This document shows, piece after piece, positions 16,687-26,042 of a stretch of DNA of 64,000 nt (the stretch's first letter is position 1; the number at the start of each line of letters is the position of its first letter). The position numbers and the translations under genes are program-made. The stretch comes from Gemmatimonadales bacterium. GTDB lineage: Bacteria > Gemmatimonadota > Gemmatimonadetes > Gemmatimonadales > GWC2-71-9. Below the pieces are notes generated by a model. That model worked only from the letters and a program-made list of their open reading frames with translations. It made no database searches and was not told the origin of the DNA. The DNA lies in contig DATMDQ010000016.1 in assembly GCA_035557715.1 (NCBI GenBank), positions 568 to 64,567 on the forward strand, written 5' to 3'.

Positions 16687-16829
16687 GTGACTGTTATTGT
16701 TAGTTGTTACGGTTCTTCCGTTCTGCGCTGTGTTGTTTTTCGGGCTTTCGTGCTTACGGGCTTTCGTGTTATTCAGTCTCCGTCCGCAGTGAATGCCTGC
16801 AACCCAATTACCTCCTCGAGCAAGCGTGC

Positions 16830-17231
16830 ATGGAAGTCCGATCATTGGAGCTCCCTCTACGAGCATTCGGTGCCGAAACCACGGCAGTCAAGGTAGAGCT
16901 CGATATCCTATCTCCCGCCGACCGTCTCAAACGGGCAGCCCTCATAATCGGAATCAGCCTCGCCGTGGCCATCGTGGCCATCCCGATTCCGCTCGTTCAC
17001 CTGGTGCTGGTTCCAGGGGCGCTGGTGCTGGGGATGATTTTCTCGCTGGTAAAGCTGAGTCAGCATGAGATTTTCCGTACAGTCCGGGGCCGTTGTCCCT
17101 TCTGCGCCACCGAACAGCAGTTCACAGTCATGGGTCGGTTCAAGCTGCCGAAAAGGCTGTATTGCAAGTCCTGTCAGCAGGAGTTGACGCTGGAGGGTCC
17201 TACCACCGCACCGCGGCACTCCCCCACATGA
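16830..17231 (+). CDS. Hypothetical membrane protein with C-terminal zinc-ribbon (CPFC...CKSC)
   Basis: ATG at 16830. Two TM helices (AALIIGISLAVAIVAIPIPLVHLVLVPGALVLGMIF), then CPFCATEQQF...YCKSCQQEL. The 3' end overlaps convergent fabH. Confidence 0.45.
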   Translation: MEVRSLELPLRAFGAETTAVKVELDILSPADRLKRAALIIGISLAVAIVAIPIPLVHLVLVPGALVLGMIFSLVKLSQHEIFRTVRGRCPFCATEQQFTVMGRFKLPKRLYCKSCQQELTLEGPTTAPRHSPT

Positions 17232-18198
17232 AGCCGGACCCGAATGCGGTCATCACCAGAAGGTCTCCCCGCTCCAGCCGGCCGCTCCGCACGCATTCGT
17301 CCAGCGCGATGGGAATGGTGGCGGCGGTGGTGTTTCCGTATCGCATGATGTTGTTGTAGATCTGATCGTCACGCAACTTGAGATCTTTCTGCATGGCCTC
17401 CGCAATCCGGAGATTGGCCTGGTGGGCCAGCAGGAGATCGAGCTCTTCTACCGTATGCCCCGCTGCCGACAGTACGGCTCGCACCGATTCGGGCATGCGA
17501 GCGACTGCGTGGCGGAAGACCTCCCGGCCGTCCATCTGCAGCAGGTGCTGCCCCGCGTCGATCTGCCCGTGAGATACTCTCGGATGGTACATTGATCCCG
17601 GGCTATCTACCCATAGCTTCTCCGCGTGCGCGCCCTCCGAGTGGAGATCGAAGGCCAGAATGCCTCCGTTGTCAGCCCCATCAGCACCCAGGAGAACGGC
17701 TCCGGCCCCATCGGCGAAGATGACCGCCACGTGCCGACCTGCGCTGGACACGTCCAGCCCGGTTGATTGGATCTCCGACCCAACCACCAGAACGCGCCGA
17801 TATTGGCCGCTACGGATCCACGCATCGGCCACCGAAAGAGCGTAGATGAACCCGCTGCACTGCGCCCGAATGTCGAGCGCCGGAACGGTGGAGATGCCGA
17901 GCTGGCGCTGCAGGTACACCCCGTTACCAGGGGCGAAATGATCGGGGCTGGAGGTGGCGTAGACGATGGCGTCGAGCTCGCCCGGGGGCACACCGGCCAT
18001 CTCCAGGGCTCGCACGGTCGCGCGCTGGGCCATGTCGGTTCCGGTCTCGCCTTCGGTCACCCAGTGGCGCTCTTCGATCCCGGTGCGGGTGCGAATCCAC
18101 TCGTCGGTGGTGTCCATGAGCTGCGACAGCTCATCGTTGGTGACGACACGGTCGGGAACGGAGAAACCGGTTCCAAGTATTCGAGAGCGTTGCATCAC
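17200..18198 (-). CDS. fabH: Beta-ketoacyl-ACP synthase III
   Basis: ILGTGFSVPDRVVTNDEL...TDEWIRTRTGIEERH...QCSGFIYAL...HQAN...GNTTAATIP (Cys-His-Asn triad context). Confidence 0.9.
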   Translation of the reverse strand: MMQRSRILGTGFSVPDRVVTNDELSQLMDTTDEWIRTRTGIEERHWVTEGETGTDMAQRATVRALEMAGVPPGELDAIVYATSSPDHFAPGNGVYLQRQLGISTVPALDIRAQCSGFIYALSVADAWIRSGQYRRVLVVGSEIQSTGLDVSSAGRHVAVIFADGAGAVLLGADGADNGGILAFDLHSEGAHAEKLWVDSPGSMYHPRVSHGQIDAGQHLLQMDGREVFRHAVARMPESVRAVLSAAGHTVEELDLLLAHQANLRIAEAMQKDLKLRDDQIYNNIMRYGNTTAATIPIALDECVRSGRLERGDLLVMTAFGSGFMWGSAAVRW

Positions 18199-18277
18199 AT
18201 CATCCGGTGAGAGGCGGTGAGCACGAGAGTTCTATCTTGAGGTGTGAAGATGAGGACCGCAAGCCGACGACGTCCGT

Positions 18278-19531
18278 TCAAGGCGGGCGCGCGGGCAATC
18301 GCGTCCTACGCCGGGGCTGCATGGCCCAGAGCCAGGTCCAGACCAGCCACGCTCCGGTGAGCGCCCATCCCATGCCGCGCCACGTCTCCCAGACCACGCC
18401 CAGCGGGGTGAGCCACATGGGCCACCAGGAGTCGGGACGAAGCCGGTGGCGCTCGATGATTGACACCGCGGGGAAGCCGCTGCGCAGACTTTGAAGAACT
18501 GCCTGACAAGTGTCCGAGGGTCTGTTGTCCGCCGAGTGAACCAGATTCCAGACCATGCTGGTCGCTCCCCACCCATGGCTGTCGCTGACCCCCACCACGA
18601 AGCGGTTGTGAGCGCGGGCCAGCCGAATGACGGAGTCCCGCTCCGCGCGGGGCAGCTCATTGGCCTTGGGTGATGCGTTAACCACCTCGAAGCCATCCAG
18701 CCCCGCAGCGATGAGCCGGTCCAGTCGGTCCCAGTGATTGCGCCGGTATTCCGGAAGCGAGGCTACCGAGAGCGCGCCCAGTCCTGAGTCGCTGGTGGCG
18801 AGCAGGGTAAGCAGCTCCTCGAGTGTGCTATTGTAGCGGCTCCGGTCCACCGGCAGGGTATCGCCCAAGAGCACGATATGGGCCCGCCACGCACTCACTT
18901 CGATGCCGGGGCATCCAACCGTGGAGGCCGTGCTCGACTGGCGACTCGCGACCGGCGACTGAGGACTCCTCACATTGTGGTCGGTAATGAACGTAGCATC
19001 GAAGCCCGCACGCGTGTGCCATCGCAGGTTCGCATCGGTGTCGAAACCGCGCATCCAGGTGTCTTCAACGTCATGCGAGACGTTGGTGTGGCTGTGGAAA
19101 TCCACCACGATGTCACGAGGGTCGGTCCCTCTCAGCGCCAGCATCGGCCGGTGCCACAGCGCCCCGCCCACCAGGAACGCCACCAGCAGCAGTAGCGAAA
19201 CGGCGAGAATGCGGGTCTCCTTCAATAGCGACGCACCCTGGTCAGGCTTGAGCCAGATCACGCGGCCAAGCCGGCATGCCAGGTAGAGCACCACAAGGCC
19301 GACCAGAAAACCCTTGAGCCGGGCCATGCTCAGCATCGATACCCCGTCCCACAGCGTGAAAAGCGGAGCCAGGACCAGGTAGAGCCGGGGCACCGCGAGG
19401 CTGAGCGAAGGCGGAGCCGCTCCGGCCACCGGGTCGGAGAGCGCGGGCACCGATACCAGCCGGGCGCACAGAAGGAGCGCAGTCAGCGCGAGTGGCGCGG
19501 CGAGGCGAGCCATGGTCTGGCGTTGGTTCAT
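18278..19531 (-). CDS. Membrane-anchored PHP-domain metal-dependent phosphoesterase
   Basis: N-terminal TM helices followed by VVDFHSHTNVSHD and later D.HGW motifs typical of the PHP/CehA-McbA-like family. Confidence 0.75.
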   Translation of the reverse strand: MNQRQTMARLAAPLALTALLLCARLVSVPALSDPVAGAAPPSLSLAVPRLYLVLAPLFTLWDGVSMLSMARLKGFLVGLVVLYLACRLGRVIWLKPDQGASLLKETRILAVSLLLLVAFLVGGALWHRPMLALRGTDPRDIVVDFHSHTNVSHDVEDTWMRGFDTDANLRWHTRAGFDATFITDHNVRSPQSPVASRQSSTASTVGCPGIEVSAWRAHIVLLGDTLPVDRSRYNSTLEELLTLLATSDSGLGALSVASLPEYRRNHWDRLDRLIAAGLDGFEVVNASPKANELPRAERDSVIRLARAHNRFVVGVSDSHGWGATSMVWNLVHSADNRPSDTCQAVLQSLRSGFPAVSIIERHRLRPDSWWPMWLTPLGVVWETWRGMGWALTGAWLVWTWLWAMQPRRRTRLPARPP

Positions 19532-19546
19532 CGAGAGGGAGCGAGA

Positions 19547-19792
19547 ATGAGCCTAGACGACGGTGATCTGGATGAGGAGTTCCCCCTGGGCGACGGCACC
19601 GTCGAGACCGGCGCCACGGTGCACTGTCCTTATTGCGGGGAAATCAACGAGATCGCGCTGGATCCCGGGAGTGGGAGCCACCAGGAATATGTGGAGGATT
19701 GCCAGGTTTGCTGTCGACCCTGGCGGGTGACCGTGCATTACCAGCCCGATGGGACTGCCGAAGTCTCCGCCGAGGTGGAAGATCTCGGTTAG
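19547..19792 (+). CDS. CPXCG-motif cysteine-rich protein
   Basis: VHCPYCGEINEIALD...EYVEDCQVCCRPW matches the CPXCG zinc-binding small protein family. ATG at 19547 follows GGGAG. Confidence 0.8.
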   Translation: MSLDDGDLDEEFPLGDGTVETGATVHCPYCGEINEIALDPGSGSHQEYVEDCQVCCRPWRVTVHYQPDGTAEVSAEVEDLG

Positions 19793-20529
19793 ACTCCGCC
19801 GAACCAGGGGTACCCCTGATCCTCCCAGTACCCGCCTGGCCGGTCTCGGGTAAAGGCCAGGCCACTCAGATATTTGGTCAGCTTGTAACCCAGCTTCACC
19901 GGCGAATAGAGGCGCAGGGGCGCGCCGTGGTTCATCCCCAGCGGGCGATCGTTGTATGCGTAGGCCAGGATCGTCTGCGGATGCATGGCGCTGGTGAGGT
20001 CCCAGCCGTTGTAGTATCCGCTGTCGAATGAGTCGAACCGCAGATATCGGGCTTCGGGTTTCGGCTGCACCAAGGCGACGACCGTCGACAAAGGAACACC
20101 GGTCCAGGTGGCGATCGCGGTCCAGCCTTCAACACAGTGATGCTTCACGGTGTAGGTCAGTCTCGGCAGGGTCTCGAGCGCCTGCAGTGAGAGGCGAACC
20201 GGGTTTTTGACCAACCCTCCTATCTCCAGCCTCCAATCGCGAAGATCGCCCAGCACGGGGAACGAACCGGTGCGGTTGTAGGTGATGGAGTACGCCGGGA
20301 AGTTCTGCATCGATGTTCTGGCAGCCACCGGATATTCCCGCGCCATCCGGCGCGGTGAGAACAGGACCTTCTCTCCCACCCAGTCGTTGATCCGGCTGAA
20401 CGCCCTTAGCCTGGGCTCCAGTATCGGGCCCCCATCCCATCCGCAAGCCGCCACGATCGAGGCGGGTCCAGCTACCGCCCCTAACCGGAAGAAGTCACGG
20501 CGGGTGAGCGAGGGGATGCGGTCAGTCAT
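19789..20529 (-). CDS. Periplasmic molybdopterin-dependent oxidoreductase (sulfite oxidase / YedY-like fold), Tat signal
   Basis: Twin-arginine motif (LTRRDFFRLGAV). HHCVEGWTAIATWTGV and GAPLRLYSP.KLGYK motifs of the oxidoreductase molybdopterin-binding domain. Confidence 0.85.
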   Translation of the reverse strand: MTDRIPSLTRRDFFRLGAVAGPASIVAACGWDGGPILEPRLRAFSRINDWVGEKVLFSPRRMAREYPVAARTSMQNFPAYSITYNRTGSFPVLGDLRDWRLEIGGLVKNPVRLSLQALETLPRLTYTVKHHCVEGWTAIATWTGVPLSTVVALVQPKPEARYLRFDSFDSGYYNGWDLTSAMHPQTILAYAYNDRPLGMNHGAPLRLYSPVKLGYKLTKYLSGLAFTRDRPGGYWEDQGYPWFGGV

Positions 20530-21232
20530 GGCTGGGGAACCGCCCCCGATACCAGCCGCTGATCATTCCCCGGAGTGACGCCGGATCCACCAGGAAGACC
20601 AGCGCGACATGGAGTAGAGTAAATCCCACGAAGAGCCAGACCGCGAGGAAGTGCCAGTATCGGGTGAGCTCGTAGCCGCCAAACAGGCTCGTGAGCCAGG
20701 CCAGCTGCACCGGCTGGTAGATGGCGAACCCGGTGAGGGTGGCCAGGGCGCCGAGCACGACGATGAAGGTGTAGGCCGCCTTCTGGAGCGCGTTATGCTT
20801 TCCCTGAGGCGGGTGCTCTTTCCGGAGGCGCAGGTAGTAGAGCTGCATCTGGATCGCTGGCCCGATATCGCGTGGCCGGAACACCAGCGACCTCCATTCG
20901 CCCGAGAGCGCGAGGAAGCCGAGATAGATCAATCCGGTGATGACGAACGGCCAGGCCAGTGCGAAGTGCCAGTTGAGTCCGCCGGCCAGCCACCCGCCGA
21001 GCCGCGCCCATTGTGGAATGGGATTCCCGTCCAGCGGATTGGGCAGGACAAGCGGGTGGCCCCTCAGGCCGAAGTGAGCATAGGCGTTATAGATCTGCAG
21101 CCCACTGGCGATCATGCCCAGGAGAAACACCGCGTTGAGCCAGTGAGCGAGCCGCACGACGCCCGAGTAGCGCTTGACCAGCGGACGCCGGCCCGAAAGG
21201 CCCTCAGCCGGCACCCCCGAAGTGGAGCTCAT
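20522..21232 (-). CDS. Membrane b-type cytochrome (cytochrome b561 / Ni-Fe hydrogenase b-subunit-like) partner of the Mo-oxidoreductase
   Basis: Start ATG at 21232 overlaps the stop of the upstream permease (ATGA). VRLAHWLNAVFLLGMIASGLQIY and later His-bearing helices. The ORF-track start at 21436 lies inside the permease gene. Confidence 0.8.
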   Translation of the reverse strand: MSSTSGVPAEGLSGRRPLVKRYSGVVRLAHWLNAVFLLGMIASGLQIYNAYAHFGLRGHPLVLPNPLDGNPIPQWARLGGWLAGGLNWHFALAWPFVITGLIYLGFLALSGEWRSLVFRPRDIGPAIQMQLYYLRLRKEHPPQGKHNALQKAAYTFIVVLGALATLTGFAIYQPVQLAWLTSLFGGYELTRYWHFLAVWLFVGFTLLHVALVFLVDPASLRGMISGWYRGRFPSHD

Positions 21233-22443
21233 TCGTATCGCAGGGCGACGATGGGATCCAGGCTGGCAGCCCGCCGGGCCGGGTAGATCCCGAAGAAGAG
21301 ACCGACCGCCGCACTGAAGGCAAAGGCGACGCCAACGGCCATAGGCGAGATGAGGGTGTTCCACTGCATCACCCTGGCCAGGAGCATGGCCGTGCCCACG
21401 CCGAGGAGCACGCCGAGCAGGCCGCCCAGGAGACATAGCGTCAGCGCCTCGATCAGGAACTGCATCATGATGTTGAGGCGGGTGGCGCCGAGTGCTTTCC
21501 GGATGCCGATCTCGCGGGTGCGCTCCGTCACCGAGACCAGCATGATGTTCATGATGCCGATTCCCCCGACGAGCAGGCTTACTGCTGCGATGCTGGCGAG
21601 CAGGCTGGTGAACACCTGGGTAGCCTGCTGCTGGGTGGCGAGCACGTCCTGCTGATTGCGGATAGTGAAGTCGTTCTCCGCCCCCGGGCGGATCTTGTGC
21701 TCCCGCCGTAGAACCCGCTCCAGATCGACCATCCCCTGCTCGATCGGCACGTTGTCGGCCACCTGGATCGAGAACGAGCGAATCCGGTTGCTGCCGAAGA
21801 CCCGGTAGCGCGCGGTCTGAAGCGGAATGAGGATCTGCTCGTCCGGATTGCCGAAGCCGCCGGCAGATCCCTTCTCGCCGAGGACCCCGATGACCTGGAA
21901 AGAGATGCCCCGAATCCAGAGGGTCTGATTGATCATCCCCGCAGGATTCCCATTCAGCATCCGGGGCACCGATGCACCCAGTACCGCGTATCGCTGCCGG
22001 GCCTCATCCTCTCCCGGGGTGAACATCCGGCCGTAGGGCACCGTGTAGTTGCGCACGTCGGTGTACTCGGACGTGGTTCCTACGACGTTGACGTTGCTGT
22101 TTTGATTGCCGTACTTGATCTGGAGGGATTGCTGCATCTCGGGCACGACCGCCTTGAGCAACGGCGCGCTCCGCCGGAGGGCATCGTAGTCGTCGGTGCT
22201 CAGGATGGTCCGGTCGGTGATTCTGATGCCGCCCTGGCGCGCCTGACCGGCCATCACGGTGAAGACGTTGGCGCCCAGGGCGGCGATTCTGTCCTGCACC
22301 GCCTTCTGGGCGCCGCTGCCCAGGGCGACCATGGTGATCACGGCGCCGACGCCTATGATGATGCCAAGCATGGTCAGCACCGACCGAAGCATGTTGGCCC
22401 GGATGGATTGCAGGGCCACGGCCACGGTTTCGCCGAGCAGCAT
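21229..22443 (-). CDS. MacB-type ABC transporter permease (FtsX domain)
   Basis: Start ATG at 22443, 3 nt after the adaptor stop. MLLGETVAVALQSIRANMLRSVLTMLGIIIGV..., a large periplasmic domain, and C-terminal ERTREIGIRKALGA. Confidence 0.9.
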   Translation of the reverse strand: MLLGETVAVALQSIRANMLRSVLTMLGIIIGVGAVITMVALGSGAQKAVQDRIAALGANVFTVMAGQARQGGIRITDRTILSTDDYDALRRSAPLLKAVVPEMQQSLQIKYGNQNSNVNVVGTTSEYTDVRNYTVPYGRMFTPGEDEARQRYAVLGASVPRMLNGNPAGMINQTLWIRGISFQVIGVLGEKGSAGGFGNPDEQILIPLQTARYRVFGSNRIRSFSIQVADNVPIEQGMVDLERVLRREHKIRPGAENDFTIRNQQDVLATQQQATQVFTSLLASIAAVSLLVGGIGIMNIMLVSVTERTREIGIRKALGATRLNIMMQFLIEALTLCLLGGLLGVLLGVGTAMLLARVMQWNTLISPMAVGVAFAFSAAVGLFFGIYPARRAASLDPIVALRYE

Positions 22444-22445
22444 GG

Positions 22446-23888
22446 CTACGGCCTCGCGCCGCCCGTAGGCTGGGTAGTCTGTTGTTGCATTCCTGGCACC
22501 GCCCCACCTCCCGTGATCCGGTTCATGCGCTCCCGCGATTCCTGCTGCGACTGCACCAGGCCCGCGCTCGGCAGCACCAGCACCGAGTCGGACGCGGTCA
22601 GCCCCTCGATCACCTCGCTGTAGTCCAGGTCGGTGAGCCCGGTCCGGATCCACACCGGGGTCGGCTTACCACCACGGTTTACAAAGACGATGTAGCGGGC
22701 GCCCATCCCTTGCGGTGTCCTGGCGACCCGCCCTCCCGGGCGCCGGCGCTGGGGGTCACCACCGGCCGCCGGGGCTGCAGCACCCAACGACGCCCGACCG
22801 GCCGTGTCTCGCCGCCCCGCTGCCCCGCTGTCTCGCTGCCCCGCTGCCCCGCTGTCCCGCTGTCCCGCTGCCAGTTGCTGCTGGACCGCGTCAGGAGACA
22901 GCCCCAGCACCTGGGCCGCCGATCCAACATCCCGCTGCGTGCGCAGCGCCGCATTGGGAACGGCCAGCACACTGTCCCGGCGCCCGACATGGACCTCGAC
23001 CTCAGCATTCATTCCCGGGCGGAGGAGGCCGTCCTTGTTGTCGATCCGGACCAGCACCGGAAACATGGTGACGTTCTGCTCGGTGAGGGCCTGAGGCTCG
23101 ATCTTGAGCACCGTGCCCTGAAATGGACGGTTAGGAAAAGCATCCACCGTCACGGTGGCGCGTAGCCCCGGCTGGATCTTGCCGATGTCGGTTTCATCCA
23201 CCAGGGTACGGACCTGGACCAGTCCGAGATCGGCCATCTTGAGCAGCACCGTGCCGCCCCCCACATCGTTGGTGGGCGAAGAAATGACCTGGCCCCGCTC
23301 GACTTGTTTCTCGATGATGGTGCCGCTGATCGGAGCTCGAACGTTGGTGTCGTCCAGCTGGTCCTTGGCGTTGTCGAGCGACACCCGGGCCCGAATGACC
23401 TCGGCATTGGCGTTGGCATAGTCGAGCAGGGCCTGCTCGTGTTCCTGCTCGGTAATCGACTGTGACTTGAACAGCTCGTCGGCGCGGCGCTTCTGGGAGC
23501 CGGCGTTGGTGAGGCGGGCCTGCGCCACCTCGAGGTCGGCCTGGGCCTGCGCCACGGCGTTCTTTGGAATGCGCGGGTCCACCCGGACCATCAGATCGCC
23601 CCGCTTGACGGCCTGGCCGGTTTCCACGGCAAGATCGAGGATTTCGCCCGAGGCCTTGGATTTCACTTCGACGGTGGTGTCTGGCTGGATCGAGCCGGAG
23701 GCCTGGGCGGACACGACGATGTCGCGGTGTACAACGGGAAGGGACTGATAGGTCGGCGGCAGCGTTTCCTTCTTGCACGCTGCCACAAGCACCAGCCCAA
23801 TGACTGTCGTCCTCCGCAACGCGAAGGAGCCGGAACGCGGCTTCGGTCCCTTCGTTCCGCTCAAGGTGACACCCCTATTACAGATCAC
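22446..23888 (-). CDS. macA: Efflux periplasmic adaptor (HlyD/MacA family) lipoprotein with a low-complexity insert
   Basis: Lipobox VLVAAC, a coiled-coil hairpin and a beta-barrel domain. The insert [22 protein letters not shown] is encoded by an octamer repeat. Confidence 0.85.
   Translation of the reverse strand: MICNRGVTLSGTKGPKPRSGSFALRRTTVIGLVLVAACKKETLPPTYQSLPVVHRDIVVSAQASGSIQPDTTVEVKSKASGEILDLAVETGQAVKRGDLMVRVDPRIPKNAVAQAQADLEVAQARLTNAGSQKRRADELFKSQSITEQEHEQALLDYANANAEVIRARVSLDNAKDQLDDTNVRAPISGTIIEKQVERGQVISSPTNDVGGGTVLLKMADLGLVQVRTLVDETDIGKIQPGLRATVTVDAFPNRPFQGTVLKIEPQALTEQNVTMFPVLVRIDNKDGLLRPGMNAEVEVHVGRRDSVLAVPNAALRTQRDVGSAAQVLGLSPDAVQQQLAAGQRDSGAAGQRDSGAAGRRDTAGRASLGAAAPAAGGDPQRRRPGGRVARTPQGMGARYIVFVNRGGKPTPVWIRTGLTDLDYSEVIEGLTASDSVLVLPSAGLVQSQQESRERMNRITGGGAVPGMQQQTTQPTGGARP
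22815..22870. repeat. In-CDS tandem octamer repeat (YCYCGCTG x7 on the + strand; CAGCGRGR on the coding strand)
   Basis: Read directly: ccccgctg ccccgctg tctcgctg ccccgctg ccccgctg tcccgctg tcccgctg. Three units equal 24 nt, encoding the 8-aa repeat AAGQRDSG. Confidence 0.9.
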
Positions 23889-24640
23889 TCGCGCCCGGCC
23901 GTCTCGAAGTCCCGCTCTACTTTCCCGTCCTTCAAATGCACCTGCCGCCGCGCGTGCTCCGCAATGTCGTGCTCGTGGGTCACGAGGACGATGGTCTGCC
24001 CGCTGACGTGTAGCGCCTTGAACAGGGCCATGATCTCCTCGCCGGTGGCGCTGTCGAGGTTTCCGGTCGGCTCGTCGGCCAGGAGGATGCTGGGCTTGTT
24101 GACCAATGCCCTCGCGATAGCCACCCGCTGACGCTGGCCGCCGGAAAGCTCATTGGGTCGATGGCTCATCCGGTCCTGGAGCCCGACGTGCGTCAACGCT
24201 TCGCTCGCCAGTTGCCGCCGCTCCTTGGCGCCCACCCCGGCATAGACCAGCGGCAGCTCGACGTTGTGGAGACTGGTGGCCCGGGGAAGGAGGTTGAAGG
24301 TCTGAAACACGAAGCCGATCTCCTTGTTCCGGATCCTGGCAAGCTCATCGTCTTCCAGCTCGGACACCCGGTGTCCATTGAGCCAGTACTCTCCCGCCGT
24401 CGGGCTGTCGAGACAGCCGATGAGGTTCATCAGCGTTGACTTGCCGGATCCGGAGGGACCCATCACCGCCACGAACTCGTTCTTCCGGATGGTAACGTCC
24501 ACGCCCCGGAGCGCCCGGACGATTTCGCCTCCCATGTCGTACTCGCGATGGAGGTTCCGGGTGACGATGACCGCGTCCCGGGGGACATCGGCAGGGAGCT
24601 TGGCCATCCGCTCTTCGGTGTTCAGCATGGTGCCGGTCAA
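23885..24640 (-). CDS. ABC transporter ATP-binding protein (MacB/LolD type)
   Basis: Walker [10 protein letters not shown], signature [15 protein letters not shown], Walker [13 protein letters not shown]. Confidence 0.95.
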   Translation of the reverse strand: MTGTMLNTEERMAKLPADVPRDAVIVTRNLHREYDMGGEIVRALRGVDVTIRKNEFVAVMGPSGSGKSTLMNLIGCLDSPTAGEYWLNGHRVSELEDDELARIRNKEIGFVFQTFNLLPRATSLHNVELPLVYAGVGAKERRQLASEALTHVGLQDRMSHRPNELSGGQRQRVAIARALVNKPSILLADEPTGNLDSATGEEIMALFKALHVSGQTIVLVTHEHDIAEHARRQVHLKDGKVERDFETAGRE

Positions 24641-25944
24641 AGGTTCCGTCCGATCAGCGCTTCGATTTGCGCTTTGGCGCGGAGGTAGTCGAAACGGGCG
24701 TTCACCACGTCGACCTCCGCCTGGTTGAGCGCTTCCTGGGAAGTGAGCAGGTCTACGATCGTCGAGACACCGAGGCGGTAGCGTTCCTGCTGCACGCGCA
24801 GATCCTCCGTCGCGGCGGCCACACTGGTCTGGGTAATCTCGGTCCTGGTGCGCGCAGCGTCCAACTCGGCGAGACGGGCAGTAAGCTCCGCCTGCACTTC
24901 GCGCTGGGCATCCGCTGCGGTGGCCTCGGCCAAGTCGAGGTCCGCATCCGCCTGGACGATGGTCAGCTCCCGGTCGAACCCGTCAAAGAGGTTCCACCGC
25001 AGCGACAGGCTGATCTGACGCTCGTTGAAGAGATCGTAGTCGGTGGTGCGGCTTCCGTTCCACCCGGTGCTCCCCGCCAGCGTCAGTGAGGGCCAGTAGG
25101 TGGAGCGGGAGGCCCCAAGCGAGGCGCGTGCAGCCACGGCATTGGCCGCGGCGCTTTGGACCCGGGGAGACTTGGACTCGGCCTCGACTCGGATGGCCTG
25201 CGTGTCGATGGCGGTGGTTAGGCGGTAGAAGGAGGAGTCGTCGGCGGCGCGCACCCGGCCAGCTTCTCCGATCAGTCTTGCCAGATTGGCCTCAGCCGAT
25301 GCGAGCTGGGTCTGGGTCGTGATCTGATCGAGGCGAGCGTTCCCCAGCGTAACCAGCGAGCGCAGCGAGTCGGAACGGGTGGCGGAGCCGGCCCGAAGCT
25401 TGGCCACCGCGGTCTTGAGCTGTTCCTCGGCCCGGCGAACGCTCGCCTCCCTCACCCGAAGCAGCTGGTCGGCGGCCAGGGCATCGAGGAACTGATTGGT
25501 GGTCGTCAGGGCCTGCTCGAAGCGCGCGTCGAGCAAGGAGGCCGCCGCAGCGTCCTCGCCGGCACGAGCCGCCCGCATTTCAGCCCCGCGCCGGAACCCG
25601 GTGAACAGGTCCAGGCTGCCTGACAGGGAGGCGCTGATACTCCGGTTTTTCGAGTTCCCGCTGACGAGCCCGCCGGTAATCGGGTCGACCCGTGCTGGTC
25701 CCTCGGAGAAGAAATCGCCGGCGGAAGAGTTGGCGGACAGGCGGGGCAGGTACGCCCCCCAGGCGTTTCGGCGCCGTGCCCCGGCCGTGCGCACATCCGC
25801 CGTCGCCCGCACCATGGCCGGCTGGACCCGCTCCGCGCGGCGGATGGCTTCGGCAAGCGTGATGGCGGGTGCCTGAGCGGCCACCGCTCCCGCACCCAAA
25901 GGAGAGAGCATCAGAACGGCAACGAGGAGAGGACGCTGCACCAT
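24637..25944 (-). CDS. TolC-family outer membrane efflux protein
   Basis: Start ATG at 25944 with a signal peptide ([20 protein letters not shown]). Two-repeat OEP architecture. 4-nt overlap with the ATPase gene. Confidence 0.85.
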   Translation of the reverse strand: MVQRPLLVAVLMLSPLGAGAVAAQAPAITLAEAIRRAERVQPAMVRATADVRTAGARRRNAWGAYLPRLSANSSAGDFFSEGPARVDPITGGLVSGNSKNRSISASLSGSLDLFTGFRRGAEMRAARAGEDAAAASLLDARFEQALTTTNQFLDALAADQLLRVREASVRRAEEQLKTAVAKLRAGSATRSDSLRSLVTLGNARLDQITTQTQLASAEANLARLIGEAGRVRAADDSSFYRLTTAIDTQAIRVEAESKSPRVQSAAANAVAARASLGASRSTYWPSLTLAGSTGWNGSRTTDYDLFNERQISLSLRWNLFDGFDRELTIVQADADLDLAEATAADAQREVQAELTARLAELDAARTRTEITQTSVAAATEDLRVQQERYRLGVSTIVDLLTSQEALNQAEVDVVNARFDYLRAKAQIEALIGRNL

Positions 25945-26042
25945 GTGTTCGGTCGACGCAATCCGGTTAACGGCGTTAAGTCGAAGAACGAAGGACTTAC
26001 AATAAAGTTTCAAGACGGAACGTTGTGGCGACGCCTCCCTGG

